59,123 nucleotides of DNA from an uncultured Candidatus Saccharibacteria bacterium (GCA_964441495.1 CAYTXV010000005.1:1-59123), one strand, 5' to 3'; positions 42,405 through 53,535 are shown, counted from the stretch's first letter. Made by a program: numbers and translations. Notes: generated from the letters alone by a model not told the origin.

Positions 42405-43577
42405 ATGTTTTTCAAGCGCCGTCGCACATACCTCGACTATGCATCAGCAACACCGATCGATCAGCGGATGATGCGATCGTGTGCGCGTATCGACCCAGTA
42501 GTACCTGGCGCTAACCCGCACGCGCTTCATCGTGAAGGTGTGGCAGCGAGATCGGTGCTTGAACGTGCTCGCACGCACGTGGCGCGCACTATCGGCGCAC
42601 ATCCGGATGAAATACTCTTTGTCAGTGGTGCGACAGAGAGCGACAACCTCGCGCTACTCGGTTCTATATATAGCGCGATAGAAGAAGGTGTTGATCCTGC
42701 ACGTATCACACTTATCACAAGCGACCTTGAGCATGCTGCTGTGGCAGAAGTTGCTTCTCGTACTGCCGGTATCAATACGATCACTATCCCTAGTACTGAT
42801 GGCGTGATTGATCCATCGCACATCATAGTGCCAGAGGATTGTCTGGTTGCGATAGTCTCTATCATGTATGTGAACAACGAGATCGGTACCGTGCAACCGA
42901 TCAAATCAATCGCAAAGCGTGTACGGTTCTTGCGCAAACAGTACCCTCAGATGAAGATTGTCTTTCACACTGACGCAACACAGGCACCAGTACACTTTGG
43001 GCTCAGTGTCCCGCAGCTCGGTGTCGACATGATGACGCTCGGCGCAACCAAGCTCTACACACACAAAGGTGTCGGCGTGCTCTATAAAAAGAGAAGCATC
43101 ACACTTGTGCCGATCATGTATGGCGGCGGACAAGAGGAAGGGTTACGTCCTGGCACCGAGTCAATCGAACTTGCGCACAGCTTCGCGCACGCACTCGCAT
43201 ATGCAGTGCAGATGCGAGAGGTAGAAACCGCGCGTATCGCACAGCTACAAAACTATTTTGAAAGTACACTCAAAGCACTACTACCAGATGTACGTATCAC
43301 GGCAGAGGATCAAGAGCGCACTCCACATATCACCCATGTTGCGATCAAAGACTTTGATTCAGAGCTCCTCGTGATCGAACTTGATGCCCGTGGTATCGCA
43401 GTATCTGCAAAGTCGGCTTGCAAAAATGAGGACAGCAATGAGTCTGCGATTGTTGAGAAGTTGTATGGCAAAGGCTGGGGAGCAGTACGGTTTTCGTTTG
43501 GGAGGATGACCAAGAAAGGTGACATCGATCGCGCAGTCAAAGCGCTTCAAAAGGTGGTGGGGAAGTATAAAAAATAA
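42405..43577 (+). CDS. Cysteine desulfurase (class V aminotransferase, NifS/IscS-like)
   Basis: YLDYASATP, SGATESDNLAL, HTDATQA, and the active-site region SAKSAC. The start is the internal ATG of ORF 42144..43577. Confidence 0.85.
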   Translation: MFFKRRRTYLDYASATPIDQRMMRSCARIDPVVPGANPHALHREGVAARSVLERARTHVARTIGAHPDEILFVSGATESDNLALLGSIYSAIEEGVDPARITLITSDLEHAAVAEVASRTAGINTITIPSTDGVIDPSHIIVPEDCLVAIVSIMYVNNEIGTVQPIKSIAKRVRFLRKQYPQMKIVFHTDATQAPVHFGLSVPQLGVDMMTLGATKLYTHKGVGVLYKKRSITLVPIMYGGGQEEGLRPGTESIELAHSFAHALAYAVQMREVETARIAQLQNYFESTLKALLPDVRITAEDQERTPHITHVAIKDFDSELLVIELDARGIAVSAKSACKNEDSNESAIVEKLYGKGWGAVRFSFGRMTKKGDIDRAVKALQKVVGKYKK

Positions 43578-43604
43578 GCCACCTTTCAGTGACTTATTTA
43601 AGAA

Positions 43605-44138
43605 TCATTTTTTGGGATAGTCATACCAGATCCTGGCACTTGCTCCGTCGCACATATGAACAAACTGCGCAAGTTCATTCATGATTCTGTTGTCGGGATC
43701 GTAATCATCTCCTTCACCGTGCACATAACGCAAAGCATTGAGGTGTTGACTCGTAAGCTCGATTTGGTAATCGTTTACGATCTTCATGAGAAACTTCCAC
43801 TTTTTTTCGTCTGTACCTAGTACGTGCTCACTTGCAACATACTTGAACGGTTTCTCTTTGTCATGAAGAAATAAAACAAGAATCGCATCGGACAAGGTAA
43901 ACGGCAGCGTACGTTCTTTTATCATCAAGTCATACAGTTTTTGAGCAAACCACATCGTTTCTATGAGATGGTCAACGTATCCACCTGGCCATGCTTGGTG
44001 TTTTGTTTTTGATCCAGGAGCTTCAGTGAAGCGCTGTGCGTGTGCAGTCAACAAGTCAATACACCGTTGCTGATTTGCGCCCTCGATAAGGCTCAGGTAT
44101 ACAAGAAGCCTATTTGGTACATAAGTTTTTTCTTCCAT
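43605..44138 (-). CDS. HD-domain-like hypothetical protein (177 aa)
   Basis: Contains H...HD-type residues (GGYVDHLIE; LFLHDKEKP). The call is tentative. Confidence 0.45.
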   Translation of the reverse strand: MEEKTYVPNRLLVYLSLIEGANQQRCIDLLTAHAQRFTEAPGSKTKHQAWPGGYVDHLIETMWFAQKLYDLMIKERTLPFTLSDAILVLFLHDKEKPFKYVASEHVLGTDEKKWKFLMKIVNDYQIELTSQHLNALRYVHGEGDDYDPDNRIMNELAQFVHMCDGASARIWYDYPKK

Positions 44139-44307
44139 ATTGTTTTTGTAGATACATTACTTGCTGGGATGTACTTGTCAAACAATACACCTAGAAATCC
44201 CTTGACTTTTGTGCTATAGTGTATGCATTCAGAACTACGGTATTTCCTGTTGCGACTGCCTGTCTGCTGTTCCTGTTTGTAATAACTCGAATTTTATATA
44301 TTCAAAA

Positions 44308-47001
44308 ATGATGCCTCCACTGAATCAATTTACGACCAAGGCCAAAGAGGTGATCAAACGTGCACACGAGCTTGCCATCGAACGAGGGCAAAACTCTGTT
44401 TCGACACTTCACCTCCTTGCGGCTCTTTTGGTCCAAGAAGAATCAAATATCATCACACTCCTCGAGCGACTCGACGTCGACACTATCCTCATGACTGATT
44501 CGGTACTCGAAGCGATCGAGAGTGCTGACGGTGCAACTACAGTTGCGCCTTCGTACCAGATGTTCCTCACCGCAGATCTCGCACAAACGATAGAACAGTC
44601 GCTCAAGGTTGCTGCTGAGATGAAAGATAACTTCGTTTCAACAGAGCATTTGTTCATCGCACTGTTTGATGTCAACAACCAGGCAAGTGATTTGCTCGGA
44701 CGGTTCAAGATCGATCGCAGTGCACTCGTGGGTGCAGTGGGTGAATATCGCACCAATAAAGGAGTCGATACCAAAGAAGGCAAAAAGCTCCGCATGATCA
44801 CCAAATACACACGCAACCTTACCGCGCTTGCGCGTGAAGACAAACTCGATCCGGTCATCGGGCGCGACACCGAGATCATGCGCATCATGCAGATCCTCTC
44901 TCGTCGTACCAAGAACAACCCGATCCTCCTCGGTGAGCCAGGCACGGGCAAGACTGCAGTCGTCGAAGGGCTCGCAAACCGTATCGCGCGAGGAGATGTC
45001 GCAGAGTCACTTAAAGACAAGGAAATCGTCTCACTTGATCTCGGCGCGCTCCTTGCGGGGACCAAGTACCGTGGTGAGTTTGAAGAACGTCTCAAAAACA
45101 TCCTCAAAGAAGTTGAGCGCGCTGAAGGAAAAATCGTGCTGTTCATCGACGAGATCCACACACTCGTTGGGGCGGGAAGTGCAGAAGGAACAATGGATGC
45201 TGCAAACATGCTCAAGCCAGCACTTGCGCGTGGTGAGCTTCGTGCTATCGGTGCAACCACGCTCAAGGAATACCAAAAGTATATAGAAAAGGATCCAGCG
45301 CTCGCGCGACGGTTCCAGCCAGTCTATGTCGAAGAACCTTCTCCAGAAGACGCGATCGCAATCTTGCGCGGTCTCAAAGAAAAGTACGAGCTCTATCACG
45401 GTGTGCACATCACTGACGATGCGCTCGTCTGTGCAGTTGAGCTCTCGACGCGCTACATCACCAACCGATTTCTCCCTGACAAGGCGATAGATCTCCTTGA
45501 TGAAGCGTCGTCTGCACTACGCATGACGCTTGAGAACAAGCCTACTATCCTCGAAGAGGCGCATCGCAAGATCATGCGACTTGAGATCGAGCGTGAAGCA
45601 CTGCGCAAAGACATCGAAGCTGATACTGGTGCAAAGGTTGCCAAAGATCGTATCCGCGATATCGAAGCCGAAATCGCAAACGTAAGCGAGCGCACCAAAG
45701 AGCTTGAGATGAAGTGGAAGCATGAAAAGAGTACGCTCCAAGACATCGGCAAAATCAAAAAGGATCTCGAAACGCTCAGGCTCGAAGCAGAAAACGCTGA
45801 AGCACGAGCAGACCTTGGTCGTGCGGCAGAGATCCGCTACGGACACATCCCGATGCTACAAAAAGATCTCGAAGCAAAAACCGCAAAACTCAAGAAACTT
45901 CAAAAGACTCGCCGTGTCCTCAAAGAAGAAATCACCGCAGAAGACATCGCACAAGTTGTCGCACGCTGGACTGGTGTACCACTTGCCAAGATGCTCGAAG
46001 AAGAACGTGAGAAGCTCGTCAACATGGAGGCAGAGCTTCACAAGCGTGTCGTCGGACAAGATGAGGCAATCGAAAAGATCGCACATGTCATCCGTCGCAA
46101 TCGTGCAGGGATCGGAGATCCTAATCGTCCAATCGGATCATTCCTCTTCCTTGGACCAACTGGTGTGGGTAAGACTGAGCTCACCAAGGCGCTCGCAGAG
46201 TTTATGTTCAACGATGACAAGGCACTTGTCCGTGTGGACATGAGTGAGTACATGGAGCGTCACAGTGTCTCCAAGCTCATCGGTTCGCCACCAGGCTATG
46301 TCGGTCATGAAGAGTCTGGACACCTTACTGAAGCAGTCAGACATCGACCGTATGCCGTTGTGCTCTTTGATGAAGTAGAAAAGGCGCACCCTGAAGTGTT
46401 CAATGTGCTCCTGCAGGTGCTCGACGAAGGACACCTGCGCGATGCCAAGGGGCGTCTCGTTAACTTCAAAAACACGGTCATCATCATGACAAGTAACATT
46501 GGTAGTCAGTTCATCCAAAAGATGGAAACAATCGGCTTCCATGCGCAGACTGAGGAAGGCGAGTACCTCCAGATGAAAGAAAAAGTCGAAGACGCACTCA
46601 AGGATTACTTCCGACCAGAGTTCTTGAACCGTATTGACGAAACGATAGTCTTTGATATCCTCTCTCAGGCGGCGATCAAAGACATCGTCAAGCTCCGTAC
46701 CGATGCTGTCCTTGCCCGACTTGCGGACAAAGGGATCACCGTATCGATCACGGACGACGTGCTTTCATATCTGGCTCGTGTCGGGTATAATCCCCACTAC
46801 GGGGCACGCCCCCTCAATCGTTTGATTCAGACCAAAATCCTGAATCCGATTGCAACCCGCATCATCGCTCGATCCGTCGATGAAGGTGATCGGGTAACCG
46901 TTTCAATGGATGGTGACAACGTCCTTGTCAGTGTCCAGCACAATAAAAAGAAACGAAGCAGTTCTTTATCACGTCGACAGCAAGAAGTTTCGACTTCATA
47001 G
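44308..47001 (+). CDS. clpB: Chaperone disaggregase ClpB
   Basis: Two AAA+ modules (GEPGTGKTA; GPTGVGKTE) separated by a long coiled-coil M-domain. The start is the internal ATG of ORF 44209..47001. Confidence 0.95.
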   Translation: MMPPLNQFTTKAKEVIKRAHELAIERGQNSVSTLHLLAALLVQEESNIITLLERLDVDTILMTDSVLEAIESADGATTVAPSYQMFLTADLAQTIEQSLKVAAEMKDNFVSTEHLFIALFDVNNQASDLLGRFKIDRSALVGAVGEYRTNKGVDTKEGKKLRMITKYTRNLTALAREDKLDPVIGRDTEIMRIMQILSRRTKNNPILLGEPGTGKTAVVEGLANRIARGDVAESLKDKEIVSLDLGALLAGTKYRGEFEERLKNILKEVERAEGKIVLFIDEIHTLVGAGSAEGTMDAANMLKPALARGELRAIGATTLKEYQKYIEKDPALARRFQPVYVEEPSPEDAIAILRGLKEKYELYHGVHITDDALVCAVELSTRYITNRFLPDKAIDLLDEASSALRMTLENKPTILEEAHRKIMRLEIEREALRKDIEADTGAKVAKDRIRDIEAEIANVSERTKELEMKWKHEKSTLQDIGKIKKDLETLRLEAENAEARADLGRAAEIRYGHIPMLQKDLEAKTAKLKKLQKTRRVLKEEITAEDIAQVVARWTGVPLAKMLEEEREKLVNMEAELHKRVVGQDEAIEKIAHVIRRNRAGIGDPNRPIGSFLFLGPTGVGKTELTKALAEFMFNDDKALVRVDMSEYMERHSVSKLIGSPPGYVGHEESGHLTEAVRHRPYAVVLFDEVEKAHPEVFNVLLQVLDEGHLRDAKGRLVNFKNTVIIMTSNIGSQFIQKMETIGFHAQTEEGEYLQMKEKVEDALKDYFRPEFLNRIDETIVFDILSQAAIKDIVKLRTDAVLARLADKGITVSITDDVLSYLARVGYNPHYGARPLNRLIQTKILNPIATRIIARSVDEGDRVTVSMDGDNVLVSVQHNKKKRSSSLSRRQQEVSTS

Positions 47002-47031
47002 CTCTCGACTTACCTCCCCTGAGGGAGGCAC

Positions 47032-47114
47032 GCGTCGGTGGTAGAGTGGTCAATTACATCAGACTGTAAATCTGACGCCTTCGGGCTACGCAGGTTCAAA
47101 TCCTGCCCGGCGCA
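47032..47114 (+). tRNA. tRNA-Tyr (anticodon GTA), long variable arm
   Basis: Acceptor gcgtcgg/ccggcgc, anticodon stem tcaga/tctga, loop ctGTAaa, and T-arm gcagg-ttcaaat-cctgc. Confidence 0.9.
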
Positions 47115-47138
47115 CAAGCTATATAACACAAGCGTATA

Positions 47139-47147
47139 TGCTATAAT
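47139..47147 (+). promoter_or_regulatory. Extended -10 box TGCTATAAT, 8 nt from ATG 47156
   Basis: Read directly from the sequence. Confidence 0.55.
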
Positions 47148-47155
47148 CAAAAGCA

Positions 47156-50100
47156 ATGATTTTCTTGAAGAAAAAGAAACTATATTTTTTTGCGGGATTT
47201 ATTTGTGCTTTGGTTTTAATCTCTATTTCAAAAGCTCATGCATATACATATGATTTTGAAACAGATACCGTAGGGCAAACACCGTCAGGGGTTACGGTTA
47301 CCGCAGGAACTTTTACTGTCTCAAATGACGCGACATCAAACAATAGTAACGCAATGCGTTCGACTTCGACTACTTCGACTCCTGTACTTACTTTTAACAA
47401 TTTTTCCTCAGCAAGTAATTATTCTGTTACATGGAAAGATATGTATTCAAACAACACAGGGCGTTACGGATTTGTTTTGAGGGCACAAAGCGGTACTACT
47501 TCATCGATTGCGGGTATGCAGCAAGGGTATATATTTCGGGTTGATCACGAAGGTACAAGTACTCCCAATACTGTTCGAATATATAAAAATGGAGCTTCTG
47601 CTTCAACACAACTAACCTCAGTCAGTCTGACAAGTGCTACAAATCGATGGTTTAAGGCAATTGTGTATGATACAGAACTCAAGTTGTATTATTCAAACAA
47701 CGGAGTTGATTTTACACTAATCACAAGTACTTCAGACAACTCGTATACTACCGGAGGAGTCCAGTACGCATCAGGTTTTAGTGGTAGTAGTAACGGTGGT
47801 CGATTTACATACATTGATAATATTACTCAGGAAGATATCGAACATCAAGATCCACCCATCATATCAAATATAGTAGTCTCTGGGACAGAAACTACTGGGG
47901 CAACAATCACGTGGACTACTGATGAACTTTCCACATCTCAAGTGGTGTATGGTACAACCTCGGCATATGGATCAACTACCGTCCTTGATACAACACTGAC
48001 AACTTCACATTCAGTTACTTTGTCCGGATTGACAACCAATACGGTCTATCACTTTGCGGTCAAGAGTGCTGATGAGTTAAGCAATGAATCCACTTCTCGT
48101 GACGGAACGTTTAACACGGGTACGCCGGTCAACAATATCGCTGTTACTACTCCGAGTGCATACGAAGTATTTCAGCGTAATGGTTCAAATCAGGCCAATA
48201 TCACTATTGTTGGTACATATACAGGTACTCCAACTGCTATAGAGGCGAGTTGGAATGGAGGTGCGTATACAACAATTGAATCAAATCCAACAGGGGGTTC
48301 ATTTTCAGGCACGCTTTCTAATCAGACGGGGGGTCAGGGGACGCTTACTGTTAGATTTGTAAATAGTACAGGTACCTCAGCGAGTATTTCATATGTTGGT
48401 GTCGGCGATGTATATGTTATAGCTGGACAAAGTAATGCAAGTGGTAAGGGGACAAATAATCAATCTTATTCACATCCGACACTCAAGGCAGGGTTGTTTG
48501 GTAATGATGATGTATGGAAAAACCTTACCGATCCTGTTGACTCAAACTCTGGACAGGTTGATTCTGTAAGTAGTGATACAGGAGCCGGAGGTTCTGTATG
48601 GCCACTTCTTGCCACATATATACTCAATGATCAGGGTGTACCTGTTGCATTTATACCCGCACCAAAAGGGGGAACATCGATTACTCAATGGGATCAGGGA
48701 TTATTAGCATCGACATTGTACGGGTCAATGTATCGACGCATCAACGAAGTTACCGGTGGTATAAAAGCAGTGCTTTATTTCCAAGGAGAAACCGACGCAA
48801 GCAATTCAATGAGTACTGCAACCTACCTTTCATATCTCAATGCGCTTGCCAACAATATCAACAGTGACTTCGGTGTAAAAACAGTAGTTGGTATGATAGG
48901 TAACGCTTCATATACCGCTACACAGCTCGACAATATTCGTCTTGCACAAATCTCTGGGTGGAACACAAATGCAAATATAATTCCAGGGCCAAATGTTGTA
49001 GACGTAAATCTTGCTGATGAGAGTGGGGATAATCTGCACTTCAAGAGTGATGCAGATCTTGCAGTTTTTGCTGCTCGATGGTGGGCGGCTCTCAAGGCGG
49101 GGTTTTATAGTGGGACGGATGATGGACGCGGCCCACGTATCAGTGGTGCAACATACAATACTGCAAAAACAGAACTTACGCTTACTTTTACTGATACATC
49201 TGGTCTTGCAAATACTGCCGTGGGTCCAGAAGTGTTCACTGTCAAAGATAATGGAACCCCTGTTAGTGTATCTACAGTTACACGACTTAACTCATCACAA
49301 CTAAAACTTACACTTGCATCTGCGGCAACTGGTACTATTACTGTTACGCTTGCCTCTGGTATAACAGGATACAGTGGAGCAATGCCTACCGATGCGAGTG
49401 CGTATACAATCCCAGCAGAGCCGTTTGTTGATTACGCAACAACACTTTATGATCCAGACATCACCGCCCCAACCGTTTCGATCACCGCCCCAACTGATGG
49501 CGCAACTGTGAGTGGTGCTTCAGTCACCGTTTCTGCAAATGCCTCAGACAATAGTGGTGTTGTGGGAGTACAGTTTAAACTCGATGGTGCAAACCTTGGA
49601 TCTGAAGATACTACAGCACCGTATTCGATAGTGTGGGATACGACAGTTGCGACAAACGGTACTCATACCATTACTGCAGTAGCTCGAGACGCTGCAGCAA
49701 ACACTACTACAGCAACCACAATTACGGTGACGGTTGATAATCGTGCACCTATAGTATCAGTCGCTGATTCGTCTGTCGCACTTGCTGCGGGGACCACAGG
49801 TACATCACTTTCAGTTACAACAGACGAATCAAGTACTTGTAAATATGCTACCGTAGCAGGTACCGCATACTCTTCTATGACAGAAACATTTAGTACAATA
49901 AATGGACTTGCACATACTGCTCCAGTGACTGGTTTTACGAACGGTACCACCTATACATACTATATTCGTTGTGTAGACGCTGTTGGTAATGTCACAACAG
50001 AAGATACAACTGTTTCTTTTGTAGTAGCAAACCCTACACCAGAACCAGAACCTGAAAATTCTGAACCAGAACAAGCATCATCTACTGTGTACGGTTCAAT

Positions 50101-50449
50101 CTCTACGGTACGCCGCGCAGTTTCGACAGATACTCGTGCCTGTACACCAACCACGAACTTTAGCCCAGTTACGGGAGCAAAATGTCCAAAACATATAGTT
50201 ACGAACAATAATTTTTTAACAAACCTGCGGATAGGTATGAACCATCCTGATGTCAAAAGATTACAACAATACCTCAACACACACGGTTTTATAGTAGCAA
50301 CTAGTGGTCCCGGATCTCTTGGTAAAGAAACAACTTATTTTGGTTCAGCAACAAGAACCGCCATTGTTCGATTGCAAAAAACATATAATATCTCGCCAGT
50401 AAGTGGTATATTCGGTCCCAAAACCCGTGCGTTACTACATAATTTTTAA
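47156..50449 (+). CDS. 1097-aa multidomain surface protein: LamG/ConA-like + FN3 + SASA-type (sialate O-acetylesterase/CE6-like) esterase + Ig-like domains + PG_binding_1
   Basis: A signal/anchor segment, then FN3 (ATITWTTDELSTSQVVYG...YHFAV) and SASA motifs (VIAGQSNASGKG ... GDNLHF). An Ig-like domain follows (APTVSITAPTDGATVSG...TAPYSIVWDT). The C-terminus is a peptidoglycan-binding repeat (GMNHPDVKRLQQYLN...GIFGPKTRALL). Confidence 0.8.
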   Translation: MIFLKKKKLYFFAGFICALVLISISKAHAYTYDFETDTVGQTPSGVTVTAGTFTVSNDATSNNSNAMRSTSTTSTPVLTFNNFSSASNYSVTWKDMYSNNTGRYGFVLRAQSGTTSSIAGMQQGYIFRVDHEGTSTPNTVRIYKNGASASTQLTSVSLTSATNRWFKAIVYDTELKLYYSNNGVDFTLITSTSDNSYTTGGVQYASGFSGSSNGGRFTYIDNITQEDIEHQDPPIISNIVVSGTETTGATITWTTDELSTSQVVYGTTSAYGSTTVLDTTLTTSHSVTLSGLTTNTVYHFAVKSADELSNESTSRDGTFNTGTPVNNIAVTTPSAYEVFQRNGSNQANITIVGTYTGTPTAIEASWNGGAYTTIESNPTGGSFSGTLSNQTGGQGTLTVRFVNSTGTSASISYVGVGDVYVIAGQSNASGKGTNNQSYSHPTLKAGLFGNDDVWKNLTDPVDSNSGQVDSVSSDTGAGGSVWPLLATYILNDQGVPVAFIPAPKGGTSITQWDQGLLASTLYGSMYRRINEVTGGIKAVLYFQGETDASNSMSTATYLSYLNALANNINSDFGVKTVVGMIGNASYTATQLDNIRLAQISGWNTNANIIPGPNVVDVNLADESGDNLHFKSDADLAVFAARWWAALKAGFYSGTDDGRGPRISGATYNTAKTELTLTFTDTSGLANTAVGPEVFTVKDNGTPVSVSTVTRLNSSQLKLTLASAATGTITVTLASGITGYSGAMPTDASAYTIPAEPFVDYATTLYDPDITAPTVSITAPTDGATVSGASVTVSANASDNSGVVGVQFKLDGANLGSEDTTAPYSIVWDTTVATNGTHTITAVARDAAANTTTATTITVTVDNRAPIVSVADSSVALAAGTTGTSLSVTTDESSTCKYATVAGTAYSSMTETFSTINGLAHTAPVTGFTNGTTYTYYIRCVDAVGNVTTEDTTVSFVVANPTPEPEPENSEPEQASSTVYGSISTVRRAVSTDTRACTPTTNFSPVTGAKCPKHIVTNNNFLTNLRIGMNHPDVKRLQQYLNTHGFIVATSGPGSLGKETTYFGSATRTAIVRLQKTYNISPVSGIFGPKTRALLHNF

Positions 50450-50460
50450 TTATTTATTTT

Positions 50461-51204
50461 ATGAAAGAAGAAAAAATATATCTCTATGGCAAGCACGCAC
50501 TTCGTGAGGCGCTCCTTGCGCGCCCAGGGGTCGTGGCAAAGGTGTTTCTTGATACCAACGCATCAAGTGATAGCGAAATCAAAGATCTGCTCAAAAAAGC
50601 TGGCATCACACCAAGTGCAATGAAAGGCGGTGATGCTGACAAAAAGGTTGGAGGAGATGCGGTCCACCAAGGCGTCATAGCTGTCATCAGTCCAGAGAAA
50701 CTATACACACCACTTGATGAGGTACTAGAAAAGACAGATATGGGTACACAGCCGTGCTTTGTACTCCTCGACGAGCTTCATGATCCACACAATGTAGGGG
50801 CAATCATCCGTTCTGCAGCGGCATTTGGTGCAAGCGCGGTCCTGATGCCAGAGCACAATCAGTCACCAGTCACAGGCACTGTTATCAAGACATCGGCTGG
50901 TATGGCGTTTCGTATACCGATCGTGCGCATCGGCAACGTCAACCAAACGATTCGCACCCTCAAAGAAAAGGGTATGTGGGTCTACGGTCTCGTCATGGAT
51001 GGGACAGCGCCGCTCAACAAGACAGTGTTTGATACGCCGACGCTGTTTGTTGTCGGTAACGAATCTACAGGGATCCGAGAAAAGACACGTGAGCTCTGTG
51101 ATGTACCGCTCACGATACCGATGCAACCAACATGTGAATCACTCAATGCCTCTGTTGCTGCGTCGGTGGTGCTGTATGAGTGGAGTCGAGGTAGAAAGAA
51201 ATAA
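50461..51204 (+). CDS. rlmB: SpoU/TrmH-family rRNA 2'-O-methyltransferase (RlmB-like)
   Basis: N-terminal substrate-binding segment (LYGKHALREAL), then the SPOUT motifs HDPHNVGAIIRSA, VVGNESTGI and ESLNASVA. Confidence 0.8.
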   Translation: MKEEKIYLYGKHALREALLARPGVVAKVFLDTNASSDSEIKDLLKKAGITPSAMKGGDADKKVGGDAVHQGVIAVISPEKLYTPLDEVLEKTDMGTQPCFVLLDELHDPHNVGAIIRSAAAFGASAVLMPEHNQSPVTGTVIKTSAGMAFRIPIVRIGNVNQTIRTLKEKGMWVYGLVMDGTAPLNKTVFDTPTLFVVGNESTGIREKTRELCDVPLTIPMQPTCESLNASVAASVVLYEWSRGRKK

Positions 51205-51224
51205 AAAAGAACCACAAAGTATAT

Positions 51225-51557
51225 TTATGGTTCATAGTGTTTTTGTTTTTTTGCAATAATATAACCGATCATATATCCAAGTATTGAGGTAGTACTTATG
51301 TATATAAAAAAATTAATCGGTTTTATGTGGTTATTTATACACGCAGCTCCTACAAAAAAAGCCGAGGCGATAATTGTAGAAATAATAATATCTGGTTTTA
51401 CACCCCCAGCATATCGTTTTGACGATCCTTCTGAGAAGTCAAAAAGTGCCTTGAAACCTCCACGATGAGACATATATCCCACAAATAATCCACCAATAAT
51501 AATTACTGCAAACGTAAGTAAAATATTTCCATTCATTTCAATACATTTTTTCATCAT
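51225..51557 (-). CDS. Small membrane protein (about 110 aa)
   Basis: Three hydrophobic helices. I set the start at ATG 51557 to avoid overlap with the gltX promoter and start. Confidence 0.4.
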   Translation of the reverse strand: MMKKCIEMNGNILLTFAVIIIGGLFVGYMSHRGGFKALFDFSEGSSKRYAGGVKPDIIISTIIASAFFVGAACINNHIKPINFFIYISTTSILGYMIGYIIAKKQKHYEP

Positions 51558-51611
51558 CCTATCGTAAAAACATCCTTTGTCAACAGCGTCTATTTTTGCT
51601 AGGATACAGCC

Positions 51612-52913
51612 ATGAATACAGCTCACACAGTCGTCACTCGCTTTGCGCCAAGTCCGACAGGGCACATGCATGCGGGTAGTTATCGTACGGCGTTTTTCTC
51701 ATACCTCTTTGCCAAGAAGCATGGTGGTAAATTTATCTTGCGCATCGAAGACACTGACAAAGAGCGATCCAAAGAAGAGTACACCCAAGAAATCCTTCGC
51801 GTGTTTGAAAAGATCGGAATCGCATACGATGAAAAGTATGTCCAATCAGAGCATGTCGAACGTCACAAGGAGCTACTCCAAAAGATGATTGCTGATGGCA
51901 GCGCATATGTCTCTCGCGAGGAAGCAAAAGATGGTTCAGGTGTGATCAAAGACATCATCAGATTTAAAAACCCAAACAAAGTAGTCACGTTTACCGATCT
52001 CATCCGTGGACCGATCTCGACAGATACGACAGATCTTGGAGACTTTGTGATCGCCAAGAACCTGAGTGAACCACTCTTTCACCTTGCAGTTGTGATTGAT
52101 GATCATGATGAAGGTGTGACCCATGTGATCCGTGCAGAGGAACACATCGCAAATACACCGCGGCAGATACTCATCCACGAAGCACTTGGGTTTGCGGTCC
52201 CGCAGTACGCACATCTGCCACTTGTGCTTGCTCCCGACAAAACAAAGATGAGTAAGCGCAAAGGCGCGGTGCCGGTAATCGAATACCTGGCGCAGGGATA
52301 TCTCCCAGAAGCACTCCTCAACGCTATCTGCTTGTGCGGATGGAACCCAGGGACTGAGCAAGAGCTCTTTACTCGGACAGAGCTTGAGCAGGTATTTGAT
52401 TTTGATCGAGTACAAAAGGCGGGTGCTGTGTTTAACCAAGAAAAACTTGACTGGTTCAACCGTGAGTACATCAAAATGCTTTCATCAGAAGAGTTCATCA
52501 CACATGCAACACTATTCCTTCCGTCATGGGGAACGCAAGATATGCTTGTACAAGTAGAGAGTATGCTGCGCGAACGCATTGTGAAGTTTGCAGATGTTGC
52601 CACCTTTTTTCAAGAGAGTAGATACCTCTTTGAGGATCCAGTAGTAGATGAATCACTGCTTGTCTGGAAACAAGACACGCTCCAAAACGCAAAGGCTCAT
52701 ATCGCGCGCGTAGCAGAGCTGCTCGAAGGAGTGAATGAATGGAATATTGAGACAATAAAAGCTGCAATCATGCCGTATGCAGTAGAGGTAGGCAAGGGAA
52801 ACGTGCTCTGGCCAGTACGTGTTGCGCTCAGTGGCAAAGAAAAGTCGCCTGATCCATTTGAGATTGCGCATCTCATCGGCAAAGTTGCGACGCTCAAGCG
52901 ATTGTCTCTGTAA
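51612..52913 (+). CDS. gltX: Glutamate--tRNA ligase (short form)
   Basis: RFAPSPTGHMHAG (HIGH motif), ILRIEDTD, and KMSKRKG (KMSKS motif). Confidence 0.9.
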   Translation: MNTAHTVVTRFAPSPTGHMHAGSYRTAFFSYLFAKKHGGKFILRIEDTDKERSKEEYTQEILRVFEKIGIAYDEKYVQSEHVERHKELLQKMIADGSAYVSREEAKDGSGVIKDIIRFKNPNKVVTFTDLIRGPISTDTTDLGDFVIAKNLSEPLFHLAVVIDDHDEGVTHVIRAEEHIANTPRQILIHEALGFAVPQYAHLPLVLAPDKTKMSKRKGAVPVIEYLAQGYLPEALLNAICLCGWNPGTEQELFTRTELEQVFDFDRVQKAGAVFNQEKLDWFNREYIKMLSSEEFITHATLFLPSWGTQDMLVQVESMLRERIVKFADVATFFQESRYLFEDPVVDESLLVWKQDTLQNAKAHIARVAELLEGVNEWNIETIKAAIMPYAVEVGKGNVLWPVRVALSGKEKSPDPFEIAHLIGKVATLKRLSL

Positions 52914-52925
52914 AAATATCTACAA

Positions 52926-52958
52926 ATACAAATCCCCTCGTAAAGAGGGGATTTGTAT
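52926..52958 (+). terminator. Terminator hairpin after gltX
   Basis: A 14-bp perfect stem, atacaaatcccctc / gaggggatttgtat, with loop gtaaa. Confidence 0.75.
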
Positions 52959-53160
52959 CGTTATACCTTGTCTATCGCTATTAGCGTTATCAGAACCTTC
53001 ATCAGAATCACTTACGAGCTATCTTCCAATAGGCTCATGACACTATTCTGATAGACATTTAGTATAGCAAGGTATGTTAAACACTGCAAACGCGAGAGCA
53101 TGTGAATAAGTATCACAAAGGTGCTATACTTCACCTGTTAGAAGTTAAACGGTATTTCTT

Positions 53161-53523
53161 ATGCAGATTTTATTTTTGATTGGACGAATTCTTTTGGGCG
53201 GATACTTTCTTTATAGCGGTATCGGACACTTCAAAGGACTTGCTGGTATGACTGGGTATGCCAAGATGAAAGGCGTACCAGCTGCACGCGCAGCAGTTGT
53301 CATCGGCGGCATCATGCTTGCACTCGGAGGTCTCTCGATTGTTATCAATCGCTATGCAATCCTTGGCATGTGCTTGCTCGTAGTGTTTTTGATCCCAACA
53401 ACAATCATGATGCACGCATTTTGGAAAGAAAAGGATCCACAAGCTCGTATGGGTGAGCAGATTCACTTTACCAAAAACCTCGCGCTCATTGGAGCACTTA
53501 TCCTTTTGGTTTCGATTGGGTAG
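53161..53523 (+). CDS. DoxX-family membrane protein
   Basis: The motif GRILLGGYFLYSGIGHF and four TM segments. Confidence 0.7.
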   Translation: MQILFLIGRILLGGYFLYSGIGHFKGLAGMTGYAKMKGVPAARAAVVIGGIMLALGGLSIVINRYAILGMCLLVVFLIPTTIMMHAFWKEKDPQARMGEQIHFTKNLALIGALILLVSIG

Positions 53524-53535
53524 TACTCTTTATAT

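Noticed and set aside
44139-44307. A heat-shock operator (CIRCE TTAGCACTC-N9-GAGTGCTAA or HAIR) or an RNA thermometer in the unusually long clpB leader (about 87 nt).
   Set aside because: No CIRCE- or HAIR-like inverted repeat is present, and no convincing start-codon-sequestering hairpin could be drawn. The long leader is noted but remains unexplained.
47012-47029. A hairpin, cctccc-ctga-gggagg, between clpB and tRNA-Tyr, considered as a terminator.
   Set aside because: No T-run follows it, and tRNA-Tyr starts 3 nt later. It is more likely a processing or structural element of a clpB-tRNA co-transcript, and is too weak to call.
47038-47253. Track ORF 47038-47253 (71 aa).
   Set aside because: It starts inside tRNA-Tyr (47032-47114) and overlaps the promoter and start of the 1097-aa surface-protein gene.
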